A stretch of DNA of 64,000 bases from an uncultured Bacteroidales bacterium. Its GTDB lineage: Bacteria; Bacteroidota; Bacteroidia; Bacteroidales; VadinHA17. Numbering within the stretch: position 1 is the stretch's first letter; each line of letters starts with the position of its first letter. The DNA lies in contig CAVRYU010000005.1 in assembly GCA_963725585.1 (NCBI GenBank), forward strand, positions 287,823 to 351,822. The letters run 5' to 3'. A program made the translations under genes and the position numbers. The notes under the pieces are model-generated. The model had not been told where the DNA came from. It saw only the letters and a program-made list of their open reading frames with translations, and searched no databases. Shown here piece by piece: positions 19,981 to 29,055 of the stretch.

Positions 19981-21225
19981 TCAGAATGAACTGAATAACA
20001 AAGAGCTGTCTCCATAGCTTAAGAATCTGAACCCGTTTTCAATAGCATAATTGTAAATTTTTTGCCAGCTGTTTCCAGTCCATGCAGAAATCAGGAGCAA
20101 AAGAGTACTTCGGGGCTGATGAAAATTGGTAATGATTCCTTTTATCATTCTGAATTTATAGCCGGGGACAATAAGTATCTTAGTTGAAGCGTGAAGGATA
20201 CCAATATCATTGTTCTTCATAAGAGCCTTCAGTCCGTTCAGGGAATCTGCCACTTCTATGTCCGGATCTTTATCATAAGGTTCCCATTGGTCAATATTCA
20301 GACTTGCAAAATTCAGCGGGGAATCACTAATTGCTTTCACCCCTAGCCAGTAGAGACTTTCAAGAGTCCTGACTGAAGTTGTGCCAACAGCAATTATTCT
20401 CCCATGATTCTCAATCAATTTGTCAATTGTATCTTTTGTTACAAAAAAATGTTCACAATGCATTTCATGTTCTGACACATCTTTTGCTTTAACCGGTTGA
20501 AAAGTCCCAGCTCCAACATGCAGCGTGATATTTGCAAATTTTACACCTTTTCCGGAAAGTGCCTTCAGAACATCTTCACTAAAATGAAGACCAGCTGTCG
20601 GTGCGGCAACAGAACCCCTTACAGCAGAATATATCGTCTGATACCTTTCCGAATCTTCAGCATCGTCTTCCCTGATTATATATGGAGGGAGGGGCGTATG
20701 TCCCGAAGCTTCAATAACTTCACTGAAGCTTAAGTTATTCTTATCCCAGCTGAATCTGATCCTCCATGCTTCTTCTTCAGCACAAATCCTCTCTGCCTGA
20801 AGTTCATGTTCTTTCTGATTATGAATGAATTTCAGTGATAGTCTACCGTTTTTCCACTTTTTAAGGTTTCCGATTATGCATTTCCATTCAACTGGGTTGT
20901 ACGAAGCGAATGACAATTCATAGGAAGAAGGAGAAAGAGGCTCCAGACAAAGGATTTCAATTCCCGCGCCAGACTTTTTCTGAAACAACAGACGTGCCCT
21001 GATCACTCTTGTATTATTGAAAACCAGTAACGAATCAGTTGGTATATATTTGTCTATGTTCCTGAAAACATCCGAATTTATATTGTACCCGTCGAAAAGC
21101 AATAGTTTTGAAGCATCACGGTCCGCGACAGGGTATTGCGCTATCCTCTCTTCAGGGAGGTCGTAATCATAGTCGGCAATGTTGGTATTCTTCATTAAGT
21201 GATTCTTTACATTGCTATTCATCAC
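19981..21225 (-). CDS. queA: S-adenosylmethionine:tRNA ribosyltransferase-isomerase
   Basis: YDYDLPEERIAQYP N-terminal signature and GTTSVRTLES. The start is more likely the Met at 21195 (MKNTNIADYDYDLP). Confidence 0.9.
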   Translation of the reverse strand: MMNSNVKNHLMKNTNIADYDYDLPEERIAQYPVADRDASKLLLFDGYNINSDVFRNIDKYIPTDSLLVFNNTRVIRARLLFQKKSGAGIEILCLEPLSPSSYELSFASYNPVEWKCIIGNLKKWKNGRLSLKFIHNQKEHELQAERICAEEEAWRIRFSWDKNNLSFSEVIEASGHTPLPPYIIREDDAEDSERYQTIYSAVRGSVAAPTAGLHFSEDVLKALSGKGVKFANITLHVGAGTFQPVKAKDVSEHEMHCEHFFVTKDTIDKLIENHGRIIAVGTTSVRTLESLYWLGVKAISDSPLNFASLNIDQWEPYDKDPDIEVADSLNGLKALMKNNDIGILHASTKILIVPGYKFRMIKGIITNFHQPRSTLLLLISAWTGNSWQKIYNYAIENGFRFLSYGDSSLLFSSF

Positions 21226-21367
21226 TTTCCCCTCCTTCCAAGGAGGGGTGTCATACCCGCCAGCTGGCGGGTAATGACGGGGTGGTTAATGCACTTCTTG
21301 TACAGTACCTTTTAGAATTTTCAAAAGTAGTAATTTTAAGGATTCACCTGTTTTTAGTATCTTTGCA

Positions 21368-21755
21368 TCGCAGCAGGTTGTTCCATCGTTCTCCGCCATA
21401 GCTGGCGGAGGAAGGAAAGTCCGGACAACACAGAGCACCATGCTTCCTAACGGGAAGATATCCGTGAGGGTATAGTAGTGTAACAGAAAAAAACCACCCC
21501 TGTCGGTTCGCTCAGGGGAAAGGGTGAAAAGGTGAGGTAAGAGCTCACCGGTCACGGTGGCAACACCGTGAGCCGTACACCTGATGGGTTGAAAGACCAT
21601 GTATACCGGCGCTAAGGACTGCTCGTCCGATGCCGGGGGGTAGGTCGTATGATCCCGCCAGTGATGGCGGGACAAGATAAATGATGGAAACCGGTTCAAA
21701 TATCTTTTGCAGATGACTGAACCGGAACAGAATCCGGCTTACAGGCCTGCTGTAT
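21368..21755 (+). ncRNA. rnpB: RNase P RNA, bacterial type A
   Basis: ggaggaaggaaagtccggacaacacagagc (P4 5' strand), gggtgaaaaggtgaggtaagagctcacc, and acagaatccggcttacaggcctgctg. P1 pairs cagcagg (21371..21377) with cctgctg (21746..21752). Ends are approximate to a few nt. Confidence 0.9.
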
Positions 21756-21773
21756 TATTAGATATCATAAAAA

Positions 21774-21900
21774 GTAGAGACGCCCAATTTGGGCGTCTCT
21801 ACAAATAATATTGGGCGTCTCTACAAATAATATTGGGCGTCTCTACAAATAATATTGGACGTCTCTACAAATAATATAGGGCGTCTCTACAAATTGTTAT
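21774..21900. repeat. Terminator hairpin followed by a 22-bp tandem array (5 copies of its 3' arm plus spacer)
   Basis: Hairpin gtagagacgccc-aattt-gggcgtctctac (21774..21802). Units gggcgtctctacaaataatatt sit at 21791, 21813 and 21835, with variants at 21857 (ggac...tata) and 21879 (…aaattgttat). The last unit overlaps the stop of the minus-strand gene. Confidence 0.85.
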
Positions 21901-22598
21901 TTGATCTTGAAGACGCTGTCCTCAATCGGAACATCAACCTCCACTTTTGTAAAGGTGGTAACGATTTCCATTCCGCTGGCAGATATGCTTGTTTTCATTG
22001 GCAGAAGGATCCCGTTGGTTTCTGTATAATCTGTAGGGAATGATTCCATGCTCACTGCCATGCCTCCCTGGTTGACATCAGCAACTGTCTTCAGAATGAG
22101 GTAGGTTGATTTATCAATGAACATCGTTGCTGAATTTCCTCCGTCAAGATTAGCTTTAATCTTAAATACCGGTTTCCCGTTTACATTGTCCTCTCCTTCA
22201 AGGGTGAGCTTCCCGTCTTTCAGGTACTGGGCTACGTAGTTGTTAAAAATATTGCTCTTTGCAATATCCTTAAGCTGATCGGCAGTCATTTCAACTGGTT
22301 CACTCGAACCGGCCATCGGATTGACCATATAACCTTTTTCGCCGTCAAAGACCTGGATAATATCCTGTCCGTTAAAACTGGTTACACTTTTGAATTTGTT
22401 TGGATTCTTCATCCAGATTTCCATAGGCATGTCCATGCCCATCACCGCTGTCTTGGCAGAGATCCTGATTGTCTTAAAATTTGAGATCTTGTCGAGCTTG
22501 TTTGCTACAGTGTACTTGCTTATTATATCTTCAAGAGACTGGGCATTCAAGGATACAACTGCAAGAAGAAATGAAACTGCGAGAAATAATTTTTTCAT
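21897..22598 (-). CDS. Secreted LolA-like / outer-membrane lipoprotein-sorting-like protein
   Basis: 233 aa with a signal peptide (SLNAQS). Length and beta-rich composition resemble LolA-fold proteins commonly annotated this way in Bacteroidota. The family assignment is from memory only. Confidence 0.45.
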   Translation of the reverse strand: MKKLFLAVSFLLAVVSLNAQSLEDIISKYTVANKLDKISNFKTIRISAKTAVMGMDMPMEIWMKNPNKFKSVTSFNGQDIIQVFDGEKGYMVNPMAGSSEPVEMTADQLKDIAKSNIFNNYVAQYLKDGKLTLEGEDNVNGKPVFKIKANLDGGNSATMFIDKSTYLILKTVADVNQGGMAVSMESFPTDYTETNGILLPMKTSISASGMEIVTTFTKVEVDVPIEDSVFKIK

Positions 22599-22623
22599 GA
22601 GAACTGTTTTTTGTTAATAATAA

Positions 22624-23450
22624 TTAAAAGGTATTGACTGTTTTTCTTAATTCTGTAAGCATTATCAAAAGCCGTTCCATTTTTGATAGGATTAGCATAT
22701 TTGCCCCGTCTGATTTGGCCGAAGCGGGATCAGGGTGTGTTTCGATGAAGATTCCGTCAGCTCCAACGCTTATTGCGGCTTTACCTATTGTTTCTATCAT
22801 TCCAGGGTTTCCTCCCGAGACTCCCTTTTCCTGATTTGGCTGCTGAAGCGAATGCGTTATATCCATAATCACCGGTACTCCTGTCTCCTGCATTACAGGA
22901 ATGTTTCTGAAGTCCACAATAAGATCCTGGTAGCCAAACATGTTACCACGGTCGGTAAGCATTATTCTGTCATTTCCCGATTCCCTTACTTTATCTACAG
23001 CGAATCTCATTGAAGCTCCCGATAAAAACTGACCCTTTTTAATGTTGACCCATTTCCCTGTTTTGGCGGCTGCAGCAAGAAGATCAGTCTGACGACAGAG
23101 AAACGCGGGGATCTGAAGAATGTCAACATATCCGGCTGCTATTTCTGCTTCAGCCGGATTGTGTATATCGGTTATGACAGGAATGGCGTAATGCTTTTTC
23201 ACTTTAGCCAGGATCTCAAGTGCTTTCGTGTCGCCAATTCCGTAAAAGAATCAGCTTTTGATCTGTTGGCTTTCCTGTAAGAAGCTTTGAAAACAAATGG
23301 GAGCTTAAATTTATTTGACAGATTAACAAGGTGATCAGCGATCTCAAAGACCATATCCTCACCTTCAACAACACATGGACCAGCGATAAGAAGGAAGTTT
23401 CCTGTTTCACCGTATTTCAGCCCGGGAATATTTATTCCGTGTTTTAACAT
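22624..23450 (-). pseudogene. kdsA: 3-deoxy-8-phosphooctulonate synthase, one frameshift (likely indel error)
   Basis: The N-terminal piece 23199..23450 has LIAGPCVVE and FKASYRKANRS. The C-terminal piece 22624..23202 has DILQIPAFLCRQTDLL. Adding one G to the minus-strand GG at 23250..23251 restores FTGIGDTKALEILAKVKKHYAIPV. Confidence 0.9.
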
Positions 23451-23500
23451 TCAGTGGTAAAGATAACAAAATATTCTTTTGACCCTTCTCTGTGTGTTTA

Positions 23501-23561
23501 TGCCCCCCATCCCCCCTGAAGGGGGGTTAAAAGCAAGCCACGCTAAGGCGTGGTTGGGGGC
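23501..23561. repeat. G6/C6 double-hairpin REP-like element (family member)
   Basis: tgcccccca + ccccccTGAAgggggg (23511..23526) + ccacgcTAAGgcgtgg (23538..23553) + ttgggggc. It lies 3' of the rarA stop and upstream of kdsA. Confidence 0.7.
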
Positions 23562-23563
23562 GA

Positions 23564-24859
23564 TTACTCATAATCGTAAATATCTTTCCACAAACCCTTC
23601 ATCCTCTTTCTTATTTCCTCTTCTTTTGGATTTAGTCCCGGTTCATAGAATTTAGTTCCCTTTATTTCTTCCGGCAGAAAATGATCCTGTGTGAAATTTC
23701 CTTCAAAATCATGTGCATATTTATAACCTTTGTGGTACCCGAGATCTTTCATGAGCTTTGTGGGGGCATTTCTTATGTGCAGAGGAACAGAAAGATCTCC
23801 TTTTTCCCTGACCATTGCCTGAGCATTTTCTATTGCCATGTAGGAGGCATTGCTTTTTGGGGATGTGGCAAGGTAAACAGCTGTTTCTGACAATATGATC
23901 CTCGATTCAGGCCATCCTATTACATTGACAGCATCAAAGCATGACTGTGCAAGAAGAAGAGCATTCGGGTTTGCCAGGCCGATATCTTCGGCTGCAAGGA
24001 TAAGCATCCTTCGTGCAATGAATTTTGGATCTTCACCTCCTTCAACCATTCGTGCAAGCCAGTAAACAGCCGCATTAGGATCGCTTCCCCTCATTGACTT
24101 GATAAATGCTGAAATTATATCATAATGCTGTTCCCCGTTCTTGTCATAGAGGGCGAGGTTTTTCTGGACATGTCTTAAAACTTTCTCGTTATCGACAATT
24201 ATCTTTTCTGAACCTGTTTCGTCAGCTTCTGAAGATACAACCAGCTCAAGTGCATTGTATAATTTCCTTACATCCCCTCCCGAGATTCTTAAGAGAGCTT
24301 CATTTTCCTTAATTTCAATATCAAATTTGGACAGGTAGATGTCTTTTTTCAGGGCTTTGTTTAAAAGAAGCGTCAGTTCTTCTTCGTTCAGCGGGTTCAT
24401 AACATAAACCTGACAGCGTGAAAGGAGGGGAGAGATTACTTCAAATGACGGGTTTTCGGTAGTGGCGCCGATCAGAGTAATAACACCCTGTTCAACAGAA
24501 CTGAGAAGGGAATCCTGCTGGGATTTATTGAAACGGTGTATCTCATCTATAAAGAGAATGGGGTTGGGCTGATCGAAAAACTGCTGTTTTTTTGCTTTTT
24601 CAATGGTTTCCCTTACATCCTTTACCCCTGAGTGAACAGCACTGAGATGAAAAAAGGGCCTTTTCAATGAATGGGCAATGATCCATGCAAGAGTCGTTTT
24701 TCCAACACCCGGAGGACCCCATAGAATAAATGAGGGTATATTTCCCGATTCTATTACCCTCCTGAGAACCGCATTCTGACCGACAAGATGCTCCTGCCCG
24801 AAGAATTCATCGAGGTTCTTTGGCCGCAGTCGGTCGGCCAGTGGTTGATTTGCCAGCAT
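23564..24859 (-). CDS. rarA: Replication-associated recombination protein A (AAA+ ATPase)
   Basis: ORF trimmed to Met at 24859 ([25 protein letters not shown]). Walker [20 protein letters not shown], and the MgsA C-terminal block are present. Confidence 0.9.
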   Translation of the reverse strand: MLANQPLADRLRPKNLDEFFGQEHLVGQNAVLRRVIESGNIPSFILWGPPGVGKTTLAWIIAHSLKRPFFHLSAVHSGVKDVRETIEKAKKQQFFDQPNPILFIDEIHRFNKSQQDSLLSSVEQGVITLIGATTENPSFEVISPLLSRCQVYVMNPLNEEELTLLLNKALKKDIYLSKFDIEIKENEALLRISGGDVRKLYNALELVVSSEADETGSEKIIVDNEKVLRHVQKNLALYDKNGEQHYDIISAFIKSMRGSDPNAAVYWLARMVEGGEDPKFIARRMLILAAEDIGLANPNALLLAQSCFDAVNVIGWPESRIILSETAVYLATSPKSNASYMAIENAQAMVREKGDLSVPLHIRNAPTKLMKDLGYHKGYKYAHDFEGNFTQDHFLPEEIKGTKFYEPGLNPKEEEIRKRMKGLWKDIYDYE

Positions 24860-24922
24860 TGTGAAATATTTATGTAAAAATAGGAAAAGATTTTTTCTTA
24901 AATTTGGAATCATTTTAAAATC

Positions 24923-26629
24923 ATGAACAAAATATTTTCAATTGTGATTATAACATCCGTTTTTTACGGATGCTCCGGAAAACCATCTGTTAATAAATTA
25001 ATAGTAGCTGAAGGACGGAATATTATTACTGACAGCGGTATGGTGGTGTCGGCCCATCCTGAAAGCTCCCGGATTGGAGTCGCCATTTTAAGAAAAGGAG
25101 GGAATGCCATTGATGCTGCTGTTGCAACAGAATTTGCCCTTGCAGTCTGTTACCCCGAGGCAGGCAATATTGGTGGCGGAGGTTTTATGCTGATAAGGGA
25201 AGCCGATGGCACGACCGACCTGATTGATTATCGTGAAAAGGCGCCTCTTAAGGCTTCAAGAGACATGTATCTTAATGCTTCAGGTAGTGTAGTTGAAGGG
25301 CTTAGTACAGAAACACATATGGCATCGGGAGTTCCGGGTACTGTAGATGGAATGGTTAATATTCATTCAAAATACGGGGTTCTTTCATTCAGGGATGTTA
25401 TCCAGCCGGCAATCGACCTGGCCAGAGAAGGATTTCCTGTAACCGAAGGTCAGGCTGCCGATTTTAATGCAAACAGGCAAAATTTCATTTCAAGAAACAT
25501 CACTCCTCCTGCTTTCGTAAAGGAAACGCCATGGATTACAGGTGATACCCTCAGGCAGGAAAGTCTTGCACTGACTCTCGAAAGAATAAGAGACCGCGGC
25601 CGCGATGGATTCTATGCCGGCAACACCGCAAGGCTCATTGTTAAAGAGATGCAGAGAGGTAACGGGATAATCACTGGTCCTGATCTTTCAGAATACAAGG
25701 CTTCCTTCAGGGACCCTCTTTCGAAAGAATACCGTGGTTATAATATTATAACAGCCTCCCCTCCATCAGGTGGTGGATTAGTGATGCTTCAGATCCTTGG
25801 AATGATTGAGCCTTATAATCTTAAAGAAGCAGGATTTCATACCTGGCAATCGGTCCATCTTATAACAGAAGCTGAAAGAAGGGCTTTTGCCGATCGTTCA
25901 AAGTTTCTCGGAGATCCCGGTTTCACAGAAATTCCTGTTGACCAATTACTTAGCAATGATTACCTTGCCAAACGCATGAAAAATTACAGCAAGGACTCAG
26001 CGTCATCCTCATCTAAGATAAATCCAGGCTCTCCGCTTGCAGTCGTTAGTGAGGAGACAACCCATTATTCGGTTGCAGACTATCTGGGAAATGCTGTTGC
26101 TGCAACAACAACCCTTAATGGTACCTTTGGCAATAGTATAGTTGTCGACAGCGCCGGATTCCTGCTGAATAATCAGATGGACGATTTTTCGGTCAAGCCG
26201 GGTGTTCCCAATATGTACGGCCTTGTAGGAGGTGAGGCTAATTCAATCCAGCCGGGGAAAAGGATGCTGAGTTCCATGACTCCTGTCATAATAGAAAAAG
26301 ACGGGAAACTGTTCCTGGTGGCAGGCTCACCAGGTGGTTCAACAATACCGACTTCGGTACTGCAGGTTATTTTAAATGTAATTGATTACGGTATGGATAT
26401 CAGTCAGGCTGTAGACACGGGAAGGTTCCATCACCAGTGGTTACCCGATTTCATAAGCTATGAGAAGAATTCACTTGACAGCATTATTATTAAAAAGCTT
26501 CAGGCAATGGGGCATGAGCTCAGGGAGAGGAATGCTATCGGCAGGGTTAATGCAATAATGATCTTATCTGACGGCAGTAAAGCAGCCGGGCCAGACAGAA
26601 GAGGTAACAATTCAGCCTGCGGATATTAA
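24923..26629 (+). CDS. ggt: Gamma-glutamyltransferase
   Basis: 568 aa with a lipoprotein-like signal (FYGCSG), the autoprocessing site EETTHYSV, and GSPGGSTI. Confidence 0.9.
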   Translation: MNKIFSIVIITSVFYGCSGKPSVNKLIVAEGRNIITDSGMVVSAHPESSRIGVAILRKGGNAIDAAVATEFALAVCYPEAGNIGGGGFMLIREADGTTDLIDYREKAPLKASRDMYLNASGSVVEGLSTETHMASGVPGTVDGMVNIHSKYGVLSFRDVIQPAIDLAREGFPVTEGQAADFNANRQNFISRNITPPAFVKETPWITGDTLRQESLALTLERIRDRGRDGFYAGNTARLIVKEMQRGNGIITGPDLSEYKASFRDPLSKEYRGYNIITASPPSGGGLVMLQILGMIEPYNLKEAGFHTWQSVHLITEAERRAFADRSKFLGDPGFTEIPVDQLLSNDYLAKRMKNYSKDSASSSSKINPGSPLAVVSEETTHYSVADYLGNAVAATTTLNGTFGNSIVVDSAGFLLNNQMDDFSVKPGVPNMYGLVGGEANSIQPGKRMLSSMTPVIIEKDGKLFLVAGSPGGSTIPTSVLQVILNVIDYGMDISQAVDTGRFHHQWLPDFISYEKNSLDSIIIKKLQAMGHELRERNAIGRVNAIMILSDGSKAAGPDRRGNNSACGY

Positions 26630-26650
26630 GCAGATCGGTTTTTAGGAGCA

Positions 26651-26694
26651 TTTGCTTGATTGCCATAAAAATTTTGCTAAATTGCCATAAAATA
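26651..26694. repeat. 22-bp direct repeat x2
   Basis: tttgcttgattgccataaaaat / tttgctaaattgccataaaata (19 of 22 identical), lying between ggt and the downstream hypothetical gene. Confidence 0.6.
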
Positions 26695-26795
26695 TTTTGT
26701 CTGTAGAAAATAAATGACACATTTTGTAGTTATTTAACTGTCTATAAATGTTTTTACAATATAGTATTTGAATAGTTTCAGATATTTATTCAGTT

Positions 26796-27950
26796 ATGAA
26801 AAAGCCTCTGATTATAACAACTATCATTCTCGTTCTGGTTCTTGCCTTACCTTTTATTAACTATTTGCGATGGTCTTTCCAGGAGAAAAAACCCCTTGAA
26901 ATTGTAATTCTGGATAAGACAGTTCCTACTCTTGAACGCCTTAATCACAAGTCATTAACCTGGGTCCTCAATAACAATAGATTTGTTAAGAAAGATAAAA
27001 AGAAAAGTTATTCATATAAAAAAGACTATTATGGTTTTGCTCCGACAAGGCCGTTAAAAGACAGAGGCAACACAAAAAAAGAGTATCATCTTTCGGAAAT
27101 GCTTGACCTCCCCGAAAAAGTTGATGCCCTCTATTTTGCCGATACTTACGGAGTTTTTTTTAATGACTGGTACACCGGTGTCAATAAAAGCAGGAGATCC
27201 AGAAAAATTTACGGAGGCTTAAATAATACTGACTATCTGCTTATTAACGAAATGAAGAACAGGAATAAGCTGATAATTCTTGAGTATAATTCCTTTGATT
27301 ATCCGACGCCGGCATTTGAGTCTTTCAGAACTCAGGAAAAGCTGGGTATTTCATTCACCGGGTGGTCGGGCAGCTATTTTGAAAAGCTCGATACTACAGC
27401 AAAGAATTTCCCTGTCTGGATGACCTCAATGTACAGGAAAGAGTACAAAAAGCCCTGGACATTTACAAAACCGGGAATTGTACTTCTGAGTGAAAAAAAT
27501 ATAATTGTTCTGGAAGAGGGAACTCACCTTAAAGATGCTTTACCCTATATAATTACCGAAACGGCAAATTGCGAAAAATTTGGTGTGCCCACATCGGTGG
27601 CTTTTAACAAATGGTTCGATATTATCGATCCTTTGCAGAGCAATGTAATTTCAAAGTTCACCCTTGGTACAACAGCCCTTGGAGATACTTTGCTGAAAGC
27701 CAATATGCTCAGCAGCAGTTTCCCTGCCGTTACCCAGGATTCTGCCAGCCAGAGGATCTATTATTTCTCGGGAGATTTTGCCAACAATGAGGTTAATTTC
27801 TGTTCATCACGATTAAAAGGATTCGACGGAATAAAAGGTCTGTCATATTCTGATAAGCCTGCTGATACAAGAAGATTTTTCTGGTTGTACTACAAGCCAT
27901 TAGTGAATACTATCTTCAGTGATTATTATTCTTCCTTGAATACTAAGTAG
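26796..27950 (+). CDS. Membrane-anchored hypothetical protein
   Basis: 384 aa with an N-terminal TM anchor (LIITTIILVLVLALPFI) and a long soluble domain. I recognise no family. Confidence 0.6.
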   Translation: MKKPLIITTIILVLVLALPFINYLRWSFQEKKPLEIVILDKTVPTLERLNHKSLTWVLNNNRFVKKDKKKSYSYKKDYYGFAPTRPLKDRGNTKKEYHLSEMLDLPEKVDALYFADTYGVFFNDWYTGVNKSRRSRKIYGGLNNTDYLLINEMKNRNKLIILEYNSFDYPTPAFESFRTQEKLGISFTGWSGSYFEKLDTTAKNFPVWMTSMYRKEYKKPWTFTKPGIVLLSEKNIIVLEEGTHLKDALPYIITETANCEKFGVPTSVAFNKWFDIIDPLQSNVISKFTLGTTALGDTLLKANMLSSSFPAVTQDSASQRIYYFSGDFANNEVNFCSSRLKGFDGIKGLSYSDKPADTRRFFWLYYKPLVNTIFSDYYSSLNTK

Positions 27951-28010
27951 GAAGACAATTGGTTTGGTATGATGCTACAGGGGGTTGCGAAATCAGCCTC
28001 CTTTTTTTTA

Positions 28011-28066
28011 GCCCTAAATCCCCTAAAGGGGACATTCTTATAAACCCCCTTTAGGGGGAAGGGGGC
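28011..28066. repeat. G5/C5 double-hairpin REP-like element (family member 2)
   Basis: gccctaaa + tccccTAAAgggga (28019..28032) + cccccTTTAggggg (28045..28058) + aagggggc. It is collinear with 12671..12744. Confidence 0.7.
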
Positions 28067-28150
28067 AAAAAATGTTGGACTGATCCTGAACAAGCTTTTT
28101 CTGAGATACTTTTCTTAAATTGCCTGTAATTAAAGAAATCCAACCAGAAA

Positions 28151-28922
28151 ATGAAAATAACTCTGATCCAACCCGATATTATCTGGGAGAACAAGTTCCG
28201 GAATCTCGAAAGGATAGGTGAGATGATCTCTTCAATCCCTGCGGGTACCGATATAGTTATTCTCCCCGAAATGTTCAATACAGGTTTTTCAATGAATCCG
28301 GCTGAACTTGCAGAATCGCCTCAATCAGTGACATTTGACTGGATGCATGATATTGCAGCAAAATTCAATTTTGGCATATGTGGAAGTTATATTGTAAGTG
28401 AGGATAATAATTTTTACAACAGGTGGATTTTTGTTTCGCCTGATAGTGAGGTTTGGATATATGACAAAAGGCACTCTGTTTTCGATAGGTGGCGAAGAAG
28501 CTCTTTTTACGAGAGGTGAAGAGCGTGTTGTATTTAAATTCAGGGGAATAAGGATCTGTCCCAATGTCTGTTACGACCTTAGGTTTCCTGTATGGAGCAG
28601 GAACCGTAATGACTATGATCTTCTCATAAATTCATCAAACTGGCCTGAAAGCAGGAGGGATGTATGGATCACTTTACTCAAAGCACGTGCTCTTGAAAAT
28701 CAATGCTTCGTGGCAGGAGTGAACAGGATCGGAATTGACGGAACAGGGATAAAATACTGTGGCGATTCAATAATTTTAGGTCCTAAAGGTGAAATAATCG
28801 CGGAAGGTAAACAGAATGAGGAGTCCATTGTATACGGGGACATTTCGATTGATGAATTATCAGATTTCCGAAAAAAATTTCCTGTTCTGGATGATGCTGA
28901 TGAGTTTAAAATTGGAATTTAA
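28151..28922 (+). pseudogene. Carbon-nitrogen hydrolase (nitrilase superfamily, omega-amidase/YafV-like), one frameshift
   Basis: Pieces 28151..28519 and 28398..28922. LPEMFNTGF (Glu), YDKRH/LFSIGGE (Lys) and CYDLRFPVW (Cys). The junction near 28472 is explained by one extra T (cacTctg). Confidence 0.8.
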
Positions 28923-28984
28923 AAATCCTTTTTCACGCAGATCCGTTGATTTTCGCAGAACAATATGATAAAACCTGACTAAAA

Positions 28985-29055
28985 ACCCACCCCAAGCCCC
29001 TCCCAGGAGGGGATCCATGTTGCTGCCCGCCGCCTGTCGCCAGTCGCCATCAGCC
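28985..29055. repeat. Composite element: acccacccc + cccctcc/ggagggg hairpin + NNNNGCC heptamer array
   Basis: Hairpin 28997..29012. Heptamers tgctgcc cgccgcc tgtcgcc agtcgcc atcagcc (29021..29055) overlap the stop of the FAD/Fe-S gene. The same architecture occurs at 52862..52985. Confidence 0.7.

Noticed and set aside
21286-21699. 137-aa minus-strand ORF
   Set aside because: It overlaps the RNase P RNA gene almost entirely. The region carries the conserved rnpB motifs on the plus strand.
21791-21900. The 22-bp tandem array, and the heptamer arrays, considered as CRISPR
   Set aside because: The units are head to tail with no unique spacers. They are far shorter than CRISPR repeats, and no cas genes are present.
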